Counted from the stretch's first letter, positions 41,843-52,863 are shown. The stretch: 64,000 nucleotides of DNA from an uncultured candidate division Zixibacteria bacterium (GCA_963713865.1 OY970208.1:1216001-1280000), one strand, 5' to 3'. Numbers and translations: made by a program. Notes: a model not told the origin generated them from the sequence alone.

Positions 41843-42679
41843 TTATTGTTTTAATGCTCCAGCTGTTAATCCGGAGATAATCTGGCGCTGGAAGAATAAG
41901 AATAAAATTATCACCGGAAGGGCGCAAAGGGAAGAGGCGGCCATCAGGTGTGGCCAATCGATAGTTTGATACCCCTGATATAAAGCAAGTGCTACAGGCA
42001 GGGTGCGCATCTTCTCAGATGAGGTCAAGATGAAAGGGAATAAAAAGGAATTCCAGTTAACCAGGAAAACCTGAACTGCTAAAACCGCAAGGGCTGGCTT
42101 GCACAATGGAAGAACGATTTTAAACAGTATTTTAAAATCGCCCGCCCCATCTATCCTGGCAGCATCTTCTAATTCCTTAGGTAAGTTTTGAATATATTGT
42201 CTCATTAAAAATATCCCCAGGGGATTAACCAGCCAGGGGATGATCAAAGCAAAATATGTATCATACCAGCTCAATTTTTTTATAAGGATGAATAACGGGA
42301 CGATGATTATATGAGCCGGGATCATCAAAACTAAAATCACAGACAGGAACAAAAAATTTTTCAGCACAAATTCCCTGCGGGCAAAAGCATACCCGACCAT
42401 CAAACAGAAAATAATATTGCCGAGGGTAACAAGAATTGCGACGACCAAACTGTTGAGGAAAAATCTCAAAAAGGGTGCAGAGGACCAGACATCCTGATAG
42501 TTTTTCAGAGTCAGCTTTTCAGGCAGAAGGTCTCTGAAATTCAAGACATAACCGGTTTCTTTAGTCAAAGAGGTTTTGACCATCCAGTACATCGGGAAAA
42601 GCATCCCGGCTAAGATGAATAAAAGGATTAGAAATAAAAACCATCTTAATATTTTTTGTTTTGTTCTCATTTCGGACAC
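41843..42679 (-). CDS. Carbohydrate ABC transporter permease (MalG-like)
   Basis: ELEDAARIDGA (EAA loop); FFQRQIISGLTAGALK. Confidence 0.92.
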   Translation of the reverse strand: MSEMRTKQKILRWFLFLILLFILAGMLFPMYWMVKTSLTKETGYVLNFRDLLPEKLTLKNYQDVWSSAPFLRFFLNSLVVAILVTLGNIIFCLMVGYAFARREFVLKNFLFLSVILVLMIPAHIIIVPLFILIKKLSWYDTYFALIIPWLVNPLGIFLMRQYIQNLPKELEDAARIDGAGDFKILFKIVLPLCKPALAVLAVQVFLVNWNSFLFPFILTSSEKMRTLPVALALYQGYQTIDWPHLMAASSLCALPVIILFLFFQRQIISGLTAGALKQ

Positions 42680-42682
42680 CGA

Positions 42683-42777
42683 GTCATTGCGAGCCCGCCA
42701 AAGGCAAGGCGAAGCAATCCGTTAATTTATGTAGATTGCTTTGTCGTCCCGCCAAAGGCGGAACTCCTCGCAATGAC
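42683..42777. repeat. GTCATTGCGAG...GCAATC / GATTGC...CTCGCAATGAC long inverted repeat
   Basis: Near-identical copy at 56554-56648; degenerate copies near 31736, 39225, 45185 and 61040. Confidence 0.8.
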
Positions 42778-42791
42778 ATATAAATAAAATA

Positions 42792-43664
42792 TTAATCCTC
42801 AATCCCTCTCCCCAGCCCAAAAGCTTTCATCTGTATTAAAGAGAAAATCATTATGATAATAAACAGACAATAGGCTATGGCTGAAGCATAGCCAAAGTTG
42901 AATTTATATAAACCCTGGTCGTATACTAAATAAACCAGGGTCAGAGTTGAGTTCAAAGGTCCTCCTTTGGTCATCACGAAGACCTCTATGAAGATCTGAA
43001 ACGATTTAATGGTATTGATCAGGATAACAAACAGGAGCATCGGTTTTAGATGGGGCAGGGTTACGAATCTGAATTTCTGAAAAGGATTTGCTCCAAAGGT
43101 ATCGGAGATCTCATACAGCTCTAATGGAACAGCCTGCAGTGCGGCTAAAAAGAGGAGCATATAATATCCAATGGAGACCCAGACATCCATAAGCATAATA
43201 GAAAGCAAGGCAGTTTTCTCGGAGAAAAGGAATCCTTTTTCCGGTGCAGGCAGGTTCAAAAGATTCAAAAGGAAATTGAAATACCCCTCTTTTGCATACA
43301 GATGTGTAAAAACCAGAGCTATCACCACCAGGGAGGTTATGGAAGGAACAAAATATCCTGCGCGAAAAAATCCCCTCAAAGGTATTTTCTGGTTGACTAA
43401 AAGAGCCAGGAGCAAAGCGAGGATAGTGGTGAAAGGGATAGTCCCGAAAACGAAAAAGGAGGTGTTTTTTAAGGCGGTCCAGAAATCAGGATCATAAAGA
43501 AGCTTAAGATAATTGCTAAGCCCGAGCCATTCTGCTTTGCCGCTCAGAATCGAGTATTTCGTGAAACTCAGGATGAATGAATAGACCAGAGGGAAAAGCC
43601 AGAACAACAAGAGAATTATTATCCAGGGAAGGAGGAAAATAAAGGTGGTTTTAGGTTTAGGCAT
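42792..43664 (-). CDS. Carbohydrate ABC transporter permease (MalF/UgpA-like)
   Basis: GLSNY, LAALQAVP.ELYE, MTKGGP.NST, and FGYASAIA motifs. Confidence 0.92.
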   Translation of the reverse strand: MPKPKTTFIFLLPWIIILLLFWLFPLVYSFILSFTKYSILSGKAEWLGLSNYLKLLYDPDFWTALKNTSFFVFGTIPFTTILALLLALLVNQKIPLRGFFRAGYFVPSITSLVVIALVFTHLYAKEGYFNFLLNLLNLPAPEKGFLFSEKTALLSIMLMDVWVSIGYYMLLFLAALQAVPLELYEISDTFGANPFQKFRFVTLPHLKPMLLFVILINTIKSFQIFIEVFVMTKGGPLNSTLTLVYLVYDQGLYKFNFGYASAIAYCLFIIIMIFSLIQMKAFGLGRGIED

Positions 43665-43774
43665 AGATAATTGTTTTTGTAGGGACAGATCAGCGATCTG
43701 TCCGTATAATTGAGAATAGGACAGAACAATGTTCTGTCCCTACATTTTGCAACCCCGCTTCTGGCGGGATGGCA

Positions 43775-45001
43775 TTACTTTAGAATCTTATCTATCTCCA
43801 CTTTTGCCTCATCTAATGCCTGAGAGGGTGTTTTTTTATCATACATCACCTGTTCAACTACCCTTTCGATTATCTCCTCGATATAAACCCATTGGGGAAC
43901 AGCAGGTGAGGTTTGGGAATATCTTAACTGTTCCTGAAAGACTAAAAGATTTTTGTTATTCTGATAATAGGGATCAAGTTCAGACCCTTTAGCTGAAGGG
44001 ATGGCTGAGCCGATGGCTTTACAAAGCTTTAAGGAATTTCCTTTTTTGATCAGATACTGGATGAATTTCTTAGCGGAGTCAGGATTTTTGCTTTTTTTGC
44101 TAATTACTAAGAACTCACCCCCGGCAAAGGAGGAGAAATTTCCTTTTTCTGGTTTAGGGATAAGGCAGACTCCAAATTTTAAATCCGGGAGATTTTTTTG
44201 GATATCGTTTAAAAGCCAGCCACCTGAGATAACAAAGCCGATTTTCCCCTGTTTGAAATTTTCATCTAACATCCTTTGATTGTCAACAGTCCCCTGCTCA
44301 GTCAACTTTTTATAAAACGCCAAAGCTTCTTTGCCTGCAGGAGAATTTATCTCTGAACTCTGATGGTATGAAGATAAAATTTTACCACCATTTCCCCAGA
44401 AGAAGGGTAGGAACTTCTTATATAATCTGTGCCTCTCAGCGGAGTTTGCACCAAAACCGTAAGCTTCAGGTTTAAGTTGATTTATTTTCTGACAGTAGCT
44501 TAAAAGCTCCTTCCAGTTTAAAGGCGGTTTTTCAGGATCTAAGCCAGCTTTTTTCATCAGGTCTTTATTGTAAAATAAAACACGGGTATCCAGAAGCCAG
44601 GGGAAACCGTAGATTCTCCCTTTATAGAAAACAGGTTCCCACATCAGAAAATCTTGCTGAATTTTCTCTGCATCTGAAGTTACGTCCAGGAGGACATCCT
44701 GAGAGGAAAACTCCGGAACCCAGTCTGAACCTAACTCCAGAATATCCGGGGCTGTTCCAGAGGCGAATGCCACTACTATCTTTTCGTGACCTTCAGACCA
44801 GGTCAGATCAGTCAGATTTATCTTTATTTCAGGATTTTCTTTTTCAAATTGATGAATTATTTCAATCAAGGCTGGCTTGACCTGCGGGTCGGTCCAGAAC
44901 TGCCAGAAATCCAGAACGATTTTACCATTTTCCTGTTTAGAACAAGATAAAATCAAAAGAGATAATAAAGGAATCAAACAAATGAAAATTACTTTTCTCA
45001 A
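43775..45001 (-). CDS. Carbohydrate ABC transporter substrate-binding lipoprotein (SBP family 1)
   Basis: TTG at 45001 after ggagg; lipobox ILSC; FEKENP.I, APDI, and LFYNKDL..KAG motifs. Confidence 0.9.
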   Translation of the reverse strand: MRKVIFICLIPLLSLLILSCSKQENGKIVLDFWQFWTDPQVKPALIEIIHQFEKENPEIKINLTDLTWSEGHEKIVVAFASGTAPDILELGSDWVPEFSSQDVLLDVTSDAEKIQQDFLMWEPVFYKGRIYGFPWLLDTRVLFYNKDLMKKAGLDPEKPPLNWKELLSYCQKINQLKPEAYGFGANSAERHRLYKKFLPFFWGNGGKILSSYHQSSEINSPAGKEALAFYKKLTEQGTVDNQRMLDENFKQGKIGFVISGGWLLNDIQKNLPDLKFGVCLIPKPEKGNFSSFAGGEFLVISKKSKNPDSAKKFIQYLIKKGNSLKLCKAIGSAIPSAKGSELDPYYQNNKNLLVFQEQLRYSQTSPAVPQWVYIEEIIERVVEQVMYDKKTPSQALDEAKVEIDKILK

Positions 45002-45282
45002 GTTTCCTCCTCTAGGAGAGTAACGCAGACTAAAGTCTGCGACTACCAAGTTTTTCTCAGGTAATAAAGGTCTGAGGATAAGTTTGTCAAGGGTTAATCT
45101 TGTGGATAGTGCTGATTACTGTTATGCTGAGCGTAGCGAAGCATCTATGAGAAGAAAAACGAGATTCTTCCCCCGCCTTTGGGCGGGATTAGAATGACAT
45201 AAATGAAATAGGGGCATCCGCCTTTGGCGAGACATCTCGCAATGACAGGTAAAGCTTGACAAATTCAGGTTTTGAATAGATA

Positions 45283-46212
45283 TTGTCGATAAATTATGGA
45301 AAAGAAAATGACTGGAATAAGAATTTGAGAAAAAAGGCAATTCTTTTTTTAACAATTTTAATACTTTCTTCATCTTTCATAGCTCGAGCGCAGGAAGAAG
45401 TTCAAAAAACTTTAGAATATCCTCCCCTGATAGGAAAGGATACAGTCTATCAGGTTGACAAAGGTGAGGGGTTGTATGAGATTGCCCGGAAGTTTGATGT
45501 CTCCTACATGTCTATAGCGCTGGCTAATCAGATTTCTGATCCTAACAGGATTTATGCAGGACAAAAACTGGTTCTTCCAACCAGGACGATTCTGCCTAAA
45601 AAGCTGGATAAGGGTATATTAATAAACATTCCGGAATACAGGATTTACTTTTTCCAGGGGGAGGATTCAATCAAGGTCTACCCGGTATGCATTGGTCTTC
45701 CGACCTGGAGAACTCCTACAGGTGAATTTTCCATCACGCATAAAATAAAAAATCCTACCTGGTATATGCCCGATGCGATAGCGGAAAAGGAAAAAGTCAA
45801 AAAGGAGATAGTTCCTCCGGGACCTCTTAATCCTTTAGGTGATTTCTGGATAGGGACTGATCTAAGGCACACTGGCATCCACAGCACTATTATTCCTATG
45901 TCTATAGGTCGAGCCTTGAGCCATGGGTGTGTCAGGCTCTATCCGGAGGATATAGAGGTGCTGTTCCCTCTAACAGAAGTGGGAATGACAGGGGAGGTAA
46001 TCTATGAGCCGGTAAAATTAACAGTCAGGGAAGATAGTCTTTTTTTAGAGGTCTATCCGGATGTATATGAGATGGTTCAAGATTATGAGAAAGAATTTAA
46101 TAAAAAGCTGAGATGGTTGAATCTATTAACGGATTTAGATAAAGATAAAATCAAGATCGTTCTGGAAGAGAAAAGGGGGATTCCAGTTTTTATCGGGAAA
46201 ATATTTAGATGA
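45283..46212 (+). CDS. L,D-transpeptidase (YkuD) with LysM domain
   Basis: LysM (GLYEIARKF...N.I.DPNRIY.GQ.L); TPTGEF, PPGP.NPLG, and GIHS...SHGCVRL motifs; true start may lie near 45325. Confidence 0.9.
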   Translation: MSINYGKENDWNKNLRKKAILFLTILILSSSFIARAQEEVQKTLEYPPLIGKDTVYQVDKGEGLYEIARKFDVSYMSIALANQISDPNRIYAGQKLVLPTRTILPKKLDKGILINIPEYRIYFFQGEDSIKVYPVCIGLPTWRTPTGEFSITHKIKNPTWYMPDAIAEKEKVKKEIVPPGPLNPLGDFWIGTDLRHTGIHSTIIPMSIGRALSHGCVRLYPEDIEVLFPLTEVGMTGEVIYEPVKLTVREDSLFLEVYPDVYEMVQDYEKEFNKKLRWLNLLTDLDKDKIKIVLEEKRGIPVFIGKIFR

Positions 46213-46310
46213 AAAAAAGTGGGGGTTCAAAATTTTGAACCCCTGCCATTTCATTTTAACATACTGCAAATGATGATTGTTTTCGTCGGGCATGAAGCCC
46301 GACGCTACGA

Positions 46311-46709
46311 TTATTCCTGAGGGAACCTTTTGTCCTCTTCCAGGGCGATGGTTAGAAGGCTGCGGGTGAATTCTATCTCCTGTTTGATCCGGGAAAGCTC
46401 GCCTTTCAAGTCGATTTCTTCTTCTTTCTGCTCCTGTACTTTCAAAAGTTTGGATTCAAAACGGGAAAGCCTCTGGTCGAAATTCTCCAGGACCTCCTTG
46501 AGCTCCAGGAACTCTTTCTTCAGGTCAAACAGGTCTTCTTTTATGGCTTTGCCAGAAGAATCCAGATTTTGCAGATTGCTTTTCAGCTCGGAGAGTTTTT
46601 CAGAGACTTTTTGCAGTTCTTTTTCCAGGGAGACTCCCACCCTTTCGATGGCTTCCCCTACCTCTTCGATGTCTCGTTTTTCCAAGCTCATCTCGTTTTC
46701 TTTACTCAT
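46311..46709 (-). CDS. Coiled-coil hypothetical protein
   Basis: Long E/K/L heptads; the ORF-track extension to 46739 runs into a REP. Confidence 0.6.
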   Translation of the reverse strand: MSKENEMSLEKRDIEEVGEAIERVGVSLEKELQKVSEKLSELKSNLQNLDSSGKAIKEDLFDLKKEFLELKEVLENFDQRLSRFESKLLKVQEQKEEEIDLKGELSRIKQEIEFTRSLLTIALEEDKRFPQE

Positions 46710-46946
46710 ATATTTTTTATAATCTGGTGGAACAGACATCTTGTCTGTTCTATCTTTTTTGTCAGGAATGTCTGACCTACCAATCTATTTCATTTTTCAT
46801 CATCGGGTCAAAAATCCCGACATATACATTAATTTAGCTTCTTACCTTCGTCGGGCGTGAAGCCCGACGCTACTTTGGCTTCGTTAAGGACAGAATACTA
46901 TTCTGTCCCTACAATTCCCACCTTGAGGACAGGGTAGGTTGCCTGT

Positions 46947-47882
46947 TTAATAGATCTCTAATTGTGTAGAACCCAGTTTATCCGGGAGCATATTTTGAAT
47001 TGCAGTTTTCAAGATATGCTTTGCCTCCGCAAATCTCCTTCGATTGGAGGAGGCGCCCAGGACTATTACGCAGAGTTTTTCCTCCACATTTTTTAGCATA
47101 ACTGCCAGGCACCAGCCGGATTTACCTATGAAGCCGGTCTTTCCACCCAGGATATCAAAATCTTCCCTGAGCAGACGGTTGCTGTTGCCCAGCTGATGAA
47201 ACCTTTTTCTTTTGTTCACCGAGTAAAAATTATATTGCTTAGTAGTGGTAATCTGTGAGATGAGTGGGTCAGTTAAAGCCATCTTCAGAAGTTTTGCAGT
47301 TTCCCAGGCAGTTGAGACGTTGTCCGCATTGAGTCCGGTTGGATCAGCAAACTCTGTATTTTTCAGGCCTAAGGAGTCAGCTTTCTCGTTCATTCTTTCC
47401 ACAAACTCTCCATCTCTCATTCCGGTAGCTCTCACTAAAGCTCGTGTAGCCCGGTTATCTGAGGACATTAAGCTTGAATGTAAAAGATCGATTAGATAAA
47501 AAGTCTCTCCCGGACGCAGGCGGGATTTAGCAGAGGCTCTGGCATCATCCCGGGTAATACTGATGGTATCGAAAAGGTCAACTCCTGATTCCAAGAATAC
47601 CATTGCGGTCATCAATTTGGTCAAGCTGGCGATGGAGCGAACATCTTCACTGTTCATATCGTAAAGCACGGTCTCGTTATCCAGGTCCAGAACCAGTGCT
47701 GATTTGGCAGTCAGCTTGAACTCTTTTTTCTTTTTGTAAGAGGTTTTTTTCACGGTTTTACCGAATGCGGGACTGGCAGAGGAAAAGGAAAATCCGCAAA
47801 TAAGGATGAGACTCAGAAGATATATCCCCCACTTATCCAGAATAGATTCAATCGGACTTTTCCAGTCTCTAAAATTTCGCAT
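46947..47882 (-). CDS. pbpG: Peptidase S11 D-alanyl-D-alanine endopeptidase (PbpG-like)
   Basis: SLTK (SxxK), SDN (SxN), and KTG motifs; ADPTGL..NVSTA. Confidence 0.8.
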   Translation of the reverse strand: MRNFRDWKSPIESILDKWGIYLLSLILICGFSFSSASPAFGKTVKKTSYKKKKEFKLTAKSALVLDLDNETVLYDMNSEDVRSIASLTKLMTAMVFLESGVDLFDTISITRDDARASAKSRLRPGETFYLIDLLHSSLMSSDNRATRALVRATGMRDGEFVERMNEKADSLGLKNTEFADPTGLNADNVSTAWETAKLLKMALTDPLISQITTTKQYNFYSVNKRKRFHQLGNSNRLLREDFDILGGKTGFIGKSGWCLAVMLKNVEEKLCVIVLGASSNRRRFAEAKHILKTAIQNMLPDKLGSTQLEIY

Positions 47883-48016
47883 CTTTTTCTCCTTTACTCT
47901 TTCTTACCTGTTGAAACCTGACCTTTCCACAGTTAGGGCAAATCCATTTCCTCTGTTTATGAAAGGGTCTTTTCTCCTCCTGCATTTTGTTTTTACATCT
48001 GGGACAATACATTAGT

Positions 48017-49097
48017 TCATTTATTTACACCAGTTTTTACTTTTAAATATTCAAGAGCTTTTAAAAATTTTGAAGACCCAAACCTGACCGGGTCGGTGGC
48101 TGGCAGATTGGTTTCATCTTCAGTATTCTCTATCTCCCGCCGGGCTTCTTTTTCCTTTAAATTTGAAGTGTTCAAGGCAATCCCTATCATCTTAGACGGT
48201 TTCAAAGGTCTGGTTATCTCCTCGTGCAATCTAATATATTCGGATAATGAAGGCAAAGGCAAATTGTAATTATTGAAATTTTTCTTGCCAGGGAAATGAC
48301 ATAAGACCATGGCATCCGGTAAAGTTCCGTGAAGTAAGGCTAAGGATACGCCAGAGTAACCGGGATGGAGGATAGTTCCCTGCCCTTCGACTAACAGCAG
48401 ATCATAGTCTTTGGATTTCTTCATTAAAAAATCCTCCATAGCACCTGCCATAAAATCGCCTTTGATTGCATCTATGGGAACCCCTTCTCCGACAATTATC
48501 ATTCCGGTCTGGCCGGTTGCCACAAAGCAGGGGTTCCACCCGAATTGGTTTGCCTCTCTGGTCATTTCCATGGCAGCTATCATCTTGCCTGACCGGCAGT
48601 CCGTGCCCACAGTCAAAACCACCCTGGACTTAATCTTCTCCGGTATAAAATCTGCGACTTTATTGTAACCTTTTGCCTCTCTTAAATCCCAGATTCTGGC
48701 ATTCCTGAAATTTGCCAGGGTAGCCAGTTCCGGGTCCTCATTTAAAATATCGTGCAATCCGTTGAGAATATTTAGCCCATTTTCAAGGGCAGAGACGATT
48801 TCTTTTCTCCACTCTGAAGGGAGCTTGCCACCGCGGGGAGCAATACCGATTAAAAGGGTGTTCTGGTTTGTAAGGCAGAGAGCTTAAAACATCCTTAACC
48901 ACGGGGATTTTCCCACCCAAACCCAGAATCTCCTGAGCAGTTTTACCCGCACGGGTGGAATCGATAACTGCTGCTACATTTTCCGGCTTGTACCTTATCA
49001 AGCCATAAGCCGTCTTCGCCTCCAGCGCCGTAAAACACCCCTCCGCTAAAATCACTATCCTTCTTCTCCCCCCACTCCCTCCCTCTACTAAAAACAT
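48017..49097 (-). CDS. DUF1611 protein (DgcN-like), +1 frameshift near 48863
   Basis: AKTA.GLIRY, (PDT)LLIGIAP.GG.LP, NGLH, VGTDC..GKM, ATGQTG, and VEGQG motifs; the two ORFs join. Confidence 0.85.
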
Positions 49098-49162
49098 TTT
49101 ACCTCCGTGTAATTAGGGCAACCTCTTGAGCATATAAAGTGCTAAGCCATAATTTGCAAATT

Positions 49163-50083
49163 TTATTTTTTCACCAGCTTAATTAATTCTTCCTTTGACC
49201 AGATTTTATCGTATTTTTCTTTCCTGATTTCTTTGCTTGAAATGTCAATTTTTATTCTTTTTAGAAATTCTTTGAAATCTGGATTAATTGTTAACTTGTT
49301 TATTGCATCCCAATCCAAATATTCTTTAAACTTTGCGGAAAATAGTATTTCTGTAGAATCTGAATCATCCATGTTAATTTTAATAACTCCTATACCAAAA
49401 GACACTGAAAGCCTCTTCAACTCATTAAGAAAATCCTCATCATTGGAAATTTCAGAGGCTACAAGGTAACCTTCATTTGCCCATGAAGAATTTGAGACCG
49501 TTTGGAAAAAAGATTCACGAAGATTGGAAAAATTCAACTCTCTTTTAATTTCAAAGGAGAATAACTTGATTGAAATATTACTAATGGCAGAGCTAAATTC
49601 AACTACTTCAGGCTCCCACTCATCAATCGGGAAGTAACATCCTACCATATCAGGATGAATCCATTCACCATATTCTTTTTTCCCAGATTTAGAATGTCGA
49701 ATGGTTTTTAGGTATGCTTTTAAATAATAATATCCGTAATATGCTAAAAAGGGGTGTAAATTTTCCTCAAGGTATTCAAATTTCTTTGATGGTAAAACAG
49801 GAACTTGTTTTGTATCATAAATATTCTCTTTTTCTTTAAGCAGAGAACGAAGATAGAATCTTCTTGGTCTTGAACCAATTTTAATGAAAGGAGAATCTTT
49901 TCTGTCACGAATGTTAACATAGATTTGAGCTCCTATTGTCATCCAGGGAGTTTTCCCTCGGACACCAGATATTTTATCATAACCTTTGCTCTTAGCAATT
50001 TCCCAAATCTCTCCAGAAGATAAAGGTCTTTTCTCCTCTTCAAGAATTTTTTTCGATAACTCAATTCCAGTTAATTGCCCCAT
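49163..50083 (-). CDS. HARE-HTH plus restriction-endonuclease-like protein (HrgA/COG2958-like)
   Basis: GKTPW.TI.AQIY HTH; W.HPDMVG, SFEIK, and ESFFQTVSNSSWANEGYLV motifs. Confidence 0.8.
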   Translation of the reverse strand: MGQLTGIELSKKILEEEKRPLSSGEIWEIAKSKGYDKISGVRGKTPWMTIGAQIYVNIRDRKDSPFIKIGSRPRRFYLRSLLKEKENIYDTKQVPVLPSKKFEYLEENLHPFLAYYGYYYLKAYLKTIRHSKSGKKEYGEWIHPDMVGCYFPIDEWEPEVVEFSSAISNISIKLFSFEIKRELNFSNLRESFFQTVSNSSWANEGYLVASEISNDEDFLNELKRLSVSFGIGVIKINMDDSDSTEILFSAKFKEYLDWDAINKLTINPDFKEFLKRIKIDISSKEIRKEKYDKIWSKEELIKLVKK

Positions 50084-50185
50084 ATTTCTTTGACCTCCTC
50101 AACCAATTTTCTATTGACCACAAATAAAAGCCATAAATAGCTTCTCTCAATTTAATCTTCTCCGTTCCATCCTGCAACAATTTTT

Positions 50186-50782
50186 TTATTTTATCATCCC
50201 TAAAAAATCACCTAACAGAAATTGGGCTCTACCGATCAGGAGGGTGACTCGGGACATTACGGTATAGCCGAAGGTGGTTCCGAAGAAGACCATCATAAAG
50301 AAAATCCCGATTTTGGCTGAGGTGCCCAGAACACCTTTATGCTCTCTGGAAAAGAAAAAATAGCTCAGGGTAGTAATTACCGCTAAGGTAATGATGATGT
50401 TATTAACGGAAGTATAAGAACCCATTGAAGCTTTCATCTGGGTGTAAATCTGTGCCTGCATTACTGCCGGGATAGAGACACCTGCTCCTGCGCCGATTAT
50501 TAAAGCCATTGAAATTCGGGAAAGCCAGGAAAGCTTGGGGAAAAAGCGGAGGAACATAAAGATGCCTAATATTCCAGGAACGAGATAGAGAAGGTCGCCT
50601 TGTCTGAAAATCGGGTAGTAGAGCTTAGGCAGAACAATAGTTTTGATTGAGATAACGATGAGATACCCAACAGAGATACCGACTAAAAGATACTCTGCGA
50701 ATTTATAAAAGGGATTATCTTTATAAAGAAAAGAGAAGATGAACAAAGTCAAGATTGCTGCGATTAAGGTACCTAAGTCCAC
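50186..50782 (-). CDS. Polytopic membrane protein of the DUF6754 cluster
   Basis: TL.IFSFLYKDNPFYKFAE and FG..FGYTVMSR motifs; about 6 TM helices. Confidence 0.75.
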   Translation of the reverse strand: MDLGTLIAAILTLFIFSFLYKDNPFYKFAEYLLVGISVGYLIVISIKTIVLPKLYYPIFRQGDLLYLVPGILGIFMFLRFFPKLSWLSRISMALIIGAGAGVSIPAVMQAQIYTQMKASMGSYTSVNNIIITLAVITTLSYFFFSREHKGVLGTSAKIGIFFMMVFFGTTFGYTVMSRVTLLIGRAQFLLGDFLGMIK

Positions 50783-50989
50783 AGATTTCCTCCATTACTG
50801 TAAAAGCTCAGTGCTTTTCAGTATTTGCAATCCTGCCAAGGGTTGAGCTGACCTGGCAAGTAAGCTTTATCACATTTTCTACCAGGACAGAACACTGTTC
50901 TGTCCCTACAGTTTTGCCGTCGGGTCAGGGGACCCGACGGGCACATGGAAAGCCTCGCATTACGATTGAACTTTTGAACCATTGAACTT

Positions 50990-51796
50990 TTAAACCTTCT
51001 TTTTTCTTTCCATCCAGTATCCTATATTCCCTAAGATCACCAAAATTATAATCAGCAGATGGGCTATGGATTGGGCATCCATACCTCTTGAACCCATACC
51101 GGGCTTGCCCAGTAGAATCTCGTATTCGGCAGCGCCTTTTAGTCCATTGACCAGTCCTTCGATCTGGCCTGAATTCAAAAAAGGGTAAAAGCTGGTTGCC
51201 ATAACCGCAGTCGTTAAAACCACTAATTTTTTTTCATATCTTGCCACAGCGAAATTTATCCAGGAAAAAGGTATGTCTCCGTCTGTGACTGAAATTATGA
51301 GGGCTATCTTTTTATAATTTTTTATCTCTTTAGTCAGTTCCAAATCAAAAGTTGAATTACCAGTATAATCCTCTGGAAAGACCTGATGAAAATCTTCTCC
51401 CAAGCCTAAGATGGTTGCAGTAACCTGTGGCCTGAATCCCAGGAAAACATAGTCTTTCCCATAGGTTTTATTATATTTTAAAGCGTTCTCCTTTAAGACC
51501 TTTTCTCCTAAAGCGGTTCCTTCAGCTAAGAGGGAAAGGCCTATAACTTTCAGATTTTTTGAAAAGGAGTGTTGTAGAATTGCATTGGCTAAAGGCTGGA
51601 CCTCTGGAAAGGATGAGGCTTCAAAATCAAAGGAGATTAAAACCACTGAGCTGTTTGGTAAACTACTTATTTTCTCAAAAACATTTTTGACTTCCGGGGT
51701 AACCTTGTTCGGCAGGCTCAGTTTAAAAATCAGAGGAAAGATTACGGCTATTGCCATCAGGATGAATATGGTTTTGCGGTTAAGATTTAGTTTCAT
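50990..51796 (-). CDS. Membrane-anchored protein of the DUF6754 cluster
   Basis: N-terminal TM; YGKDYV.LGF, GL.GAAEYE, and MDAQS.AH motifs; C-terminal TM. ATG 51796 preferred because the upstream extension lies in a repeat. Confidence 0.75.
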   Translation of the reverse strand: MKLNLNRKTIFILMAIAVIFPLIFKLSLPNKVTPEVKNVFEKISSLPNSSVVLISFDFEASSFPEVQPLANAILQHSFSKNLKVIGLSLLAEGTALGEKVLKENALKYNKTYGKDYVFLGFRPQVTATILGLGEDFHQVFPEDYTGNSTFDLELTKEIKNYKKIALIISVTDGDIPFSWINFAVARYEKKLVVLTTAVMATSFYPFLNSGQIEGLVNGLKGAAEYEILLGKPGMGSRGMDAQSIAHLLIIILVILGNIGYWMERKKKV

Positions 51797-51810
51797 ATTC
51801 TCTTTTGGTG

Positions 51811-51926
51811 GAACAAACCTCCTGTCTGTTCTCATTGTCAGACCCTAGAAACGGGTCCGTAGGACAGGAATGTCTGACCTACCACTTTTTTGGACCCACC
51901 TTGGGGGTAAGGTGGGTCTACCGATT
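51811..51926. repeat. Composite repeat of about 115 bp, copy 1 (copy 2 at 53914-54024, partial copy near 46726-46782)
   Basis: gaaca.a..tc.tgtctgtt...gtcagacc.tagaaacg.gtccgtaggacaggaatgtctgac.tacc...gacccacctt.ggg..aaggtgggtctaccgatt in both full copies. Confidence 0.85.
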
Positions 51927-52238
51927 TAAGTCTTCGGGATCATAAGGACAGAACACTGTTCTGTCCCTACATCTACTCCAGGCTGTCCAACTTTTCGGAC
52001 AGGGACCTCCACCTTTGGCGGGATTTCGCTTCGCTCAACAAGCCCTGTCCCTACGATTTCTATCGGTCTTGTTATCCCGCCTTTCCTACGGATCCAAAAT
52101 CGGAGAGGGCAAGGTGGCATGCCGTTTCATTCGTCGGGCATAAAACCTCACGTTACGAACTACATTTATGGCATCATCACGGATGATGTACTCCATGTTT
52201 TTGCTACAAGCTCCTTGTTACGTGTTACCTGCTTAAAT

Positions 52239-52859
52239 TTATCCTTTCCCCAAATAGGTTCTCTCGATTCCTACAATTATTCTCAAAGAGGTGGCGATCG
52301 AGCCCAGACCGACCCCAATCAAAATCCCTCTTCTGGCAGCCATACTGGGGATATTCAGCACCCAGGTCGCAAATTGAGGGATGGATGAATGGAGCATCTC
52401 TCCTAAGGGAACTCTGCCCAAGATCACTAAAATCCCGGCAATCAGAAGGATGGTTGCCTGTATGTTTCTTGCCCTGAAACCCCGATAAGCGGCTGAAGCG
52501 ACGAAAAAAGCCAGAAGCGAGAACATGGTTGACTGCATAGGAACCTGGAGGTTATCGAAAATCCATAAAAAAGGGGAGCCTTTTTGAATCCCTTTATAGA
52601 AACCGAAAAAAACCATCAGGGCAAGCCCGGATATGGCAACTAAATTATATCCCCATCCTTTTTGTTTTTTAGATATTTTATCCAGATGGAGAATTAAGAA
52701 ACCTAAAGCCCCGACCAAGAGCGCAAAAACGTAGATTATCTGCATCCAGTCTAAGACGTTTTGATAACCTTTCAAAAACAGGGGATGAGGCACAAAAAAC
52801 TGTGCCAGCATAAATATGCCAAAGCCAAAACATACCCAGAGAGGTATCTGTCTGCTCAT
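52239..52859 (-). CDS. Polytopic membrane protein of the DUF6754 cluster
   Basis: TMFSLLAFFVASAAYR.FRARN, LGRVP.G, and SLRII.GIERTYLG motifs. Confidence 0.75.
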   Translation of the reverse strand: MSRQIPLWVCFGFGIFMLAQFFVPHPLFLKGYQNVLDWMQIIYVFALLVGALGFLILHLDKISKKQKGWGYNLVAISGLALMVFFGFYKGIQKGSPFLWIFDNLQVPMQSTMFSLLAFFVASAAYRGFRARNIQATILLIAGILVILGRVPLGEMLHSSIPQFATWVLNIPSMAARRGILIGVGLGSIATSLRIIVGIERTYLGKG

Positions 52860-52863
52860 CTCC

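Noticed and set aside
47890-48010. c-di-GMP-I riboswitch near pbpG (agggcaaa)
   Set aside because: It is on the opposite strand to the gene and lacks the GAAA-loop and second-stem pattern.
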